Part shown: positions 60,914 to 64,000 of the stretch, piece after piece
Numbering within the stretch: position 1 is the stretch's first letter
Layout: each line of letters opens with the position of its first letter
Source of the DNA: Spirochaetia bacterium
GTDB taxonomy: Bacteria; Spirochaetota; Spirochaetia; SZUA-6; Bin103
Reading direction: 5' to 3'
Assembly: GCA_965203905.1 (NCBI GenBank)
Contig: CBDBDQ010000005.1
Coordinates: 5,248,001 to 5,312,000, forward strand
Length of the DNA stretch: 64,000 nucleotides
Notes under the pieces: model-generated
Told to the model about the DNA's origin: nothing
The model's database searches: none
The model's input: only the letters and a program-made list of their open reading frames with translations
Program-made: the position numbers and the translations under genes

Positions 60914-61756
60914 ATGACACCACTGCGCCAGAGAATGATCGAAGACATGCGGGTGCGCAACCTGTCCCCGCACACCATCGAGTACTACGTCCGCCAGGTC
61001 GCGTTGTTTGCGCGCTACTTCAACCGCTCTCCGGAACTGCTCGGGCTCGACGAAATACGAGCCTATCAACTGCATCTGGTGCAGGAGCGAAATCTGGGCT
61101 GGGGCAGCTTCAATCAGGCGGTCTGCGCTCTCCGCTTCCTGTACCTCAAGACCCTCGGCAAGGACTGGCACATCGAGTCCATCCCGTTCGCCAAGCAGCC
61201 CAAGAAGCTGCCGCTGGTCTTGAGCCAGGACCAGGTGCGCGCCGTACTCGATGCGATCACCAACCCGCAGCACCGCGTCATTGCCATGACCCTGTATGCC
61301 GCCGGGCTGCGCGTTTCCGAGGCGGTCTCCCTGCGGATTACCGATATCGACAGCGAGCGGATGCTGCTGCACGTCGTGCAAGGCAAGGGCCGCAAGGATC
61401 GTTTGGTGACCTTGGCGCCGCTCCTGCTGCACCACTTGCGCTGCCACTACCGACGCTATCGGCCCCGCCACTGGCTGTTTCCCAGCAGGACCTATCGCGA
61501 CCGCCACGTCACCAGGGATGCGGTGGCGCAGGCCATCGCCAAGGTGCGCCACGTCGTCGCCGGCAAGCCCGTATCCCCGCATACCTTGCGCCACTGTTTC
61601 GCCACCCACCTGCTGGAATCCGGCACCGATCTGCGCACCGTCCAGGCGCTGCTCGGACATGCCTCGATCAGGAGTACCGTGATCTATACCCACGTCACCC
61701 GCAAGCGCATCAGCGCAGTCGAGAGCCCACTGGAGTCGTTGCCACCGCTGCGCTGA
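60914..61756 (+). CDS. Tyrosine recombinase/integrase (right copy)
   Basis: GGAGG RBS; R-K-HxxR-H-Y catalytic set intact. Confidence 0.93.
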   Translation: MTPLRQRMIEDMRVRNLSPHTIEYYVRQVALFARYFNRSPELLGLDEIRAYQLHLVQERNLGWGSFNQAVCALRFLYLKTLGKDWHIESIPFAKQPKKLPLVLSQDQVRAVLDAITNPQHRVIAMTLYAAGLRVSEAVSLRITDIDSERMLLHVVQGKGRKDRLVTLAPLLLHHLRCHYRRYRPRHWLFPSRTYRDRHVTRDAVAQAIAKVRHVVAGKPVSPHTLRHCFATHLLESGTDLRTVQALLGHASIRSTVIYTHVTRKRISAVESPLESLPPLR

Positions 61757-61763
61757 GCGATCC

Positions 61764-62978
61764 GTGCACCAGCCACCCTTCGAGGTGGCCGACGTCATCC
61801 GTACCCTGGCCACTACCGACGGTCGCGTGCCAGGCTTGCGGGTGTCGCAGGCACAACAGCGCGTCATGCGCGACCTCACAGCCTGCCGTACTGCCAAGCT
61901 CGGCGGCCACGTCGATGCTTGCGACGCCTGTGGTGAACTACGCGTATCGTACAACTCCTGCCGCAATCGTCACTGTCCGAAGTGCCAGGCGCAGCAGCGC
62001 GCCAAGTGGCTGGAGAAGCGCTGCCAAGATCTCCTGCCGGTCCCCTATTTCCACGTCGTCTTCACCCTGCCGGCGGAACTGGCGCCGCTGGCGCTGCAGA
62101 ACCAACGCGAAATCTATGGCGCCCTGTTCGCTGCCACCGCCGCTACCCTCAGGACCATCGCCGCCGATCCCAAGCATCTCGGCGCTGACATCGGCTTCAT
62201 CGCCGTGCTGCACACCTGGGGCCAAACGCTGCTGCACCATCCTCATATCCACTGCGTCATCCCCGGCGGTGGGTTGGCACCTGACGCGGCCACCTGGATA
62301 TCCTGCCGCGACGATTTCTTCCTCCCGGTCCGAGTCCTCTCACAGCTGTTTCGCGGCAAGATGCTGGCGGCGCTCAAGCAACGCTTCGCTGCCGACCAAC
62401 TCCAGTTCCACGGTGCCCTTGCCGAGTTGGCTGATCCCGCTCGCTTCCGCGCACTGTGCCAGCAACTGCGCGCCAAGCAGTGGGTGGTGTATGCCAAGCC
62501 TCCCTTCGGCGGCCCCGAGCAGGTGCTGAAGTATCTCGCCCGCTACACCCATCGCGTCGCCATCGCCAACAGCAGAATCACCGCTGCTGACGCGGACTCG
62601 GTGAGCTTCCGCTACCGGGACTATGCCCGTGGCCGCCGGCACCGGATGATGAAACTTGATGCGGTCGAGTTTCTGCGTCGTTTCCTGCTGCACGTCCTGC
62701 CCGATCGCTTCGTCCGCATTCGTCACTACGGCTTTCTTGCCAATCGTGCACGCAAGGAAAAACTGCCGCTGTGCCGCTATCTGATTGCCCAAGCCTCCGG
62801 CCAGGACCTGATCACTGCACCTGATCTCTCAGTTTCTCTCGAACCCCCCGGCGACGATCACCAACGCTGTCCGGTGTGCCATGCAGGAACCATGCGCCGC
62901 ATCCAGGACTTCTGCTCTCAACCCACCTGGGAGTATGAGTACCTGCCTGGTCGCCGCGCTCCCCCTGAGGCCGCATGA
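61764..62978 (+). CDS. IS91-family (HUH/Y2) transposase with N-terminal zinc-binding domain
   Basis: SCRNRHCPKC, HPHIH (HUH), YLARY (YxxxY), RIRHYG, C-terminal CPVC. Confidence 0.93.
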   Translation: MHQPPFEVADVIRTLATTDGRVPGLRVSQAQQRVMRDLTACRTAKLGGHVDACDACGELRVSYNSCRNRHCPKCQAQQRAKWLEKRCQDLLPVPYFHVVFTLPAELAPLALQNQREIYGALFAATAATLRTIAADPKHLGADIGFIAVLHTWGQTLLHHPHIHCVIPGGGLAPDAATWISCRDDFFLPVRVLSQLFRGKMLAALKQRFAADQLQFHGALAELADPARFRALCQQLRAKQWVVYAKPPFGGPEQVLKYLARYTHRVAIANSRITAADADSVSFRYRDYARGRRHRMMKLDAVEFLRRFLLHVLPDRFVRIRHYGFLANRARKEKLPLCRYLIAQASGQDLITAPDLSVSLEPPGDDHQRCPVCHAGTMRRIQDFCSQPTWEYEYLPGRRAPPEAA

Positions 62979-63238
62979 CTCAATCTCCAGAACACCGTCG
63001 GTTCGATCTCATCACGCATCCCTTCGCGCCGCCGTGCCGTTGCTCCTGCGCACCCCTGCGCGGCGCCGGTCGCGATCTGCCCGTCAACCGCTCGTCGCCG
63101 CCTTGTCATGCGGCGCTGTCACCCAGCTCCCCGTTCTGCTCCGCGAGTTCCCGCCTGCCCGAGCACGCCCAGCACTCCGCCGCCACCGGAATACCGGCGT
63201 TCCAATCTCCATAGGCGCGCGGTTTAGTTCAATCAACC

Positions 63239-63308
63239 CTATCCGAACTGGCCCCGGCCACGGGGCAACGGCCAGCGCGCCAGCCGTTCGCGCGGCCAGC
63301 TCGGATAG
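63239..63308 (+). repeat. Terminal hairpin of the int-IS91 element (15-bp stem)
   Basis: ctatccgaactggcc / ggccagctcggatag, 1 mismatch; mirrored in the left copy. Confidence 0.7.
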
Positions 63309-63319
63309 ACTCCTTCTCA

Positions 63320-64000
63320 AATTGCTGAGCTCTGTCGCCCCGCCGTCCGCCCAATGCACGACGTGATGGGCGTCGCAGTGGCGGGAGTTGCAGCCGGGAA
63401 ACTGACAGCCGTTGCGATCCCGGCCTTCGAGAGCACGGCGCATCGCGGTCGGAACCGTCCGGGTCCGGCGCCCCACGTCGAGTACGCCGCCGTCGGGGGC
63501 GTGGATCAGCACCAACCCCCCGGAGTCGCAGCCGATGCGGCGTGCGGCGTGCTTGCCCAGGTGGATGCCTCCAGCCTGCTCAATTACCGCCTGGCCGGCG
63601 TCAAGGCCGGATCCCGCCGCGGCGTGGTGGTGAGCGTCCGCGGTGTCGACATGCGTCTGGCCCGCAACGGCATCCGCCGGCGCCGCAGGTCCCGAGGCCG
63701 CTTCGCGGGCCGCCTGCGTTTCCGCGGAAGTGGCCGCCGTGGGGGCGTCCACCGCGGGACCTTCACGTCCCGCGGCCGCCGGGCAGGTCGCGGACGTTTC
63801 CGCGGAAGTGTCCACTGTAGCGGCGTTCGCCGCGGGGTGTGCAGGTTCCGGGACCGTCGGGCGGGTCGCGCGCGATGCCGCGAAAAGGTCCGCGATGGCC
63901 GCGTTCGCCGTGGGGGCTGCAGGTTCCGGGGACACTGGGCGGATCGTGTGCGTTTCCGCGGAAGTGTCTGCCGTGGCGTTGATGGGCTCGCTGGAGCGAA
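63320..64000 (-). pseudogene. DUF222/HNH endonuclease gene, upstream part (runs off the window), truncated by the insertion
   Basis: ARRIGCD..LDVGRRTRTVPTAMRRALEGRD.GCQFPGC..CDAHHVVHWADGGATELSNL. Confidence 0.88.
63717..63967 (-). repeat. Degenerate 78-bp (26-aa) coding tandem repeat
   Basis: cgtttccgcggaag (TSAET) at 63717, 63795 and 63951, degenerate copy at 63873. Confidence 0.75.

Larger units (their letters stand above)
60734..63319 (+). mobile_element. Tyrosine integrase + IS91-family transposase element, right copy (intact)
   Basis: Limits defined by identity with the left copy (GAACTAAACCGC...CCTTCTCA); no target duplication. Confidence 0.9.
50975..63320. mobile_element. 12.3-kb nested composite insertion (int-IS91 / DDE transposon / RIT / int-IS91) inside the HNH gene
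   Basis: Flanks rejoin to ...agc aat tta cgc ctc gtg tgc (SNLRLVC) in frame. Confidence 0.8.

Noticed and set aside
56356-61756. Integron or chromosomal xerC/xerD
   Set aside because: No IntI-specific insertion or attC cassette array seen; the recombinases are parts of RIT and IS91-linked elements.
50995-63319. Classical composite transposon moved as one unit by the two IS91-like copies
   Set aside because: The left junction carries extra RIT-like palindrome bases outside the repeat, and removing each copy rebuilds RIT-type sites; sequential insertion fits better, though co-mobilisation is not excluded.
63690-64000. Regularly spaced palindromic motif as a CRISPR array
   Set aside because: The period is a multiple of 3, it stays in frame within a protein, the spacers resemble each other and no cas genes are present.

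Overview
High-GC bacterial window. The solute-binding-protein N-termini look spirochaete-like, but this is inference only. Positions 1-50.5 kb are metabolic: an amidohydrolase/Rieske/beta-propeller cluster, two tandem membrane-anchored LytTR regulators, five ABC-importer cassettes (all lacking an ATPase gene), 2OG-Fe(II)/PhyH dioxygenases, coaE and a complete N-methylglutamate (methylamine) pathway cluster. Scattered among these are toxin-antitoxin genes, an AAA-ATPase pseudogene and an isolated MAD3/MAD4-like defence pair. Positions 50.6-64 kb hold a 12.3-kb nested mobile structure that splits a DUF222/HNH gene inside its HNH motif. At its centre is a Recombinase-In-Trio (RIT) element with 31-bp terminal inverted repeats. 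Two apparently identical tyrosine-integrase + IS91-type transposase elements sit in inverted orientation 7-9 bp outside each RIT end, and the left copy is itself interrupted by a 3.8-kb four-gene DDE/ExeA-ATPase transposon with a 6-bp target duplication. Removing the layers by hand rebuilds a tyrosine-recombinase-like core site and an in-frame HNH gene. This suggests that the integrase-IS91 element targets RIT recombination sites, which is the most novel signal in the window. No CRISPR array, rRNA or tRNA was recognised.
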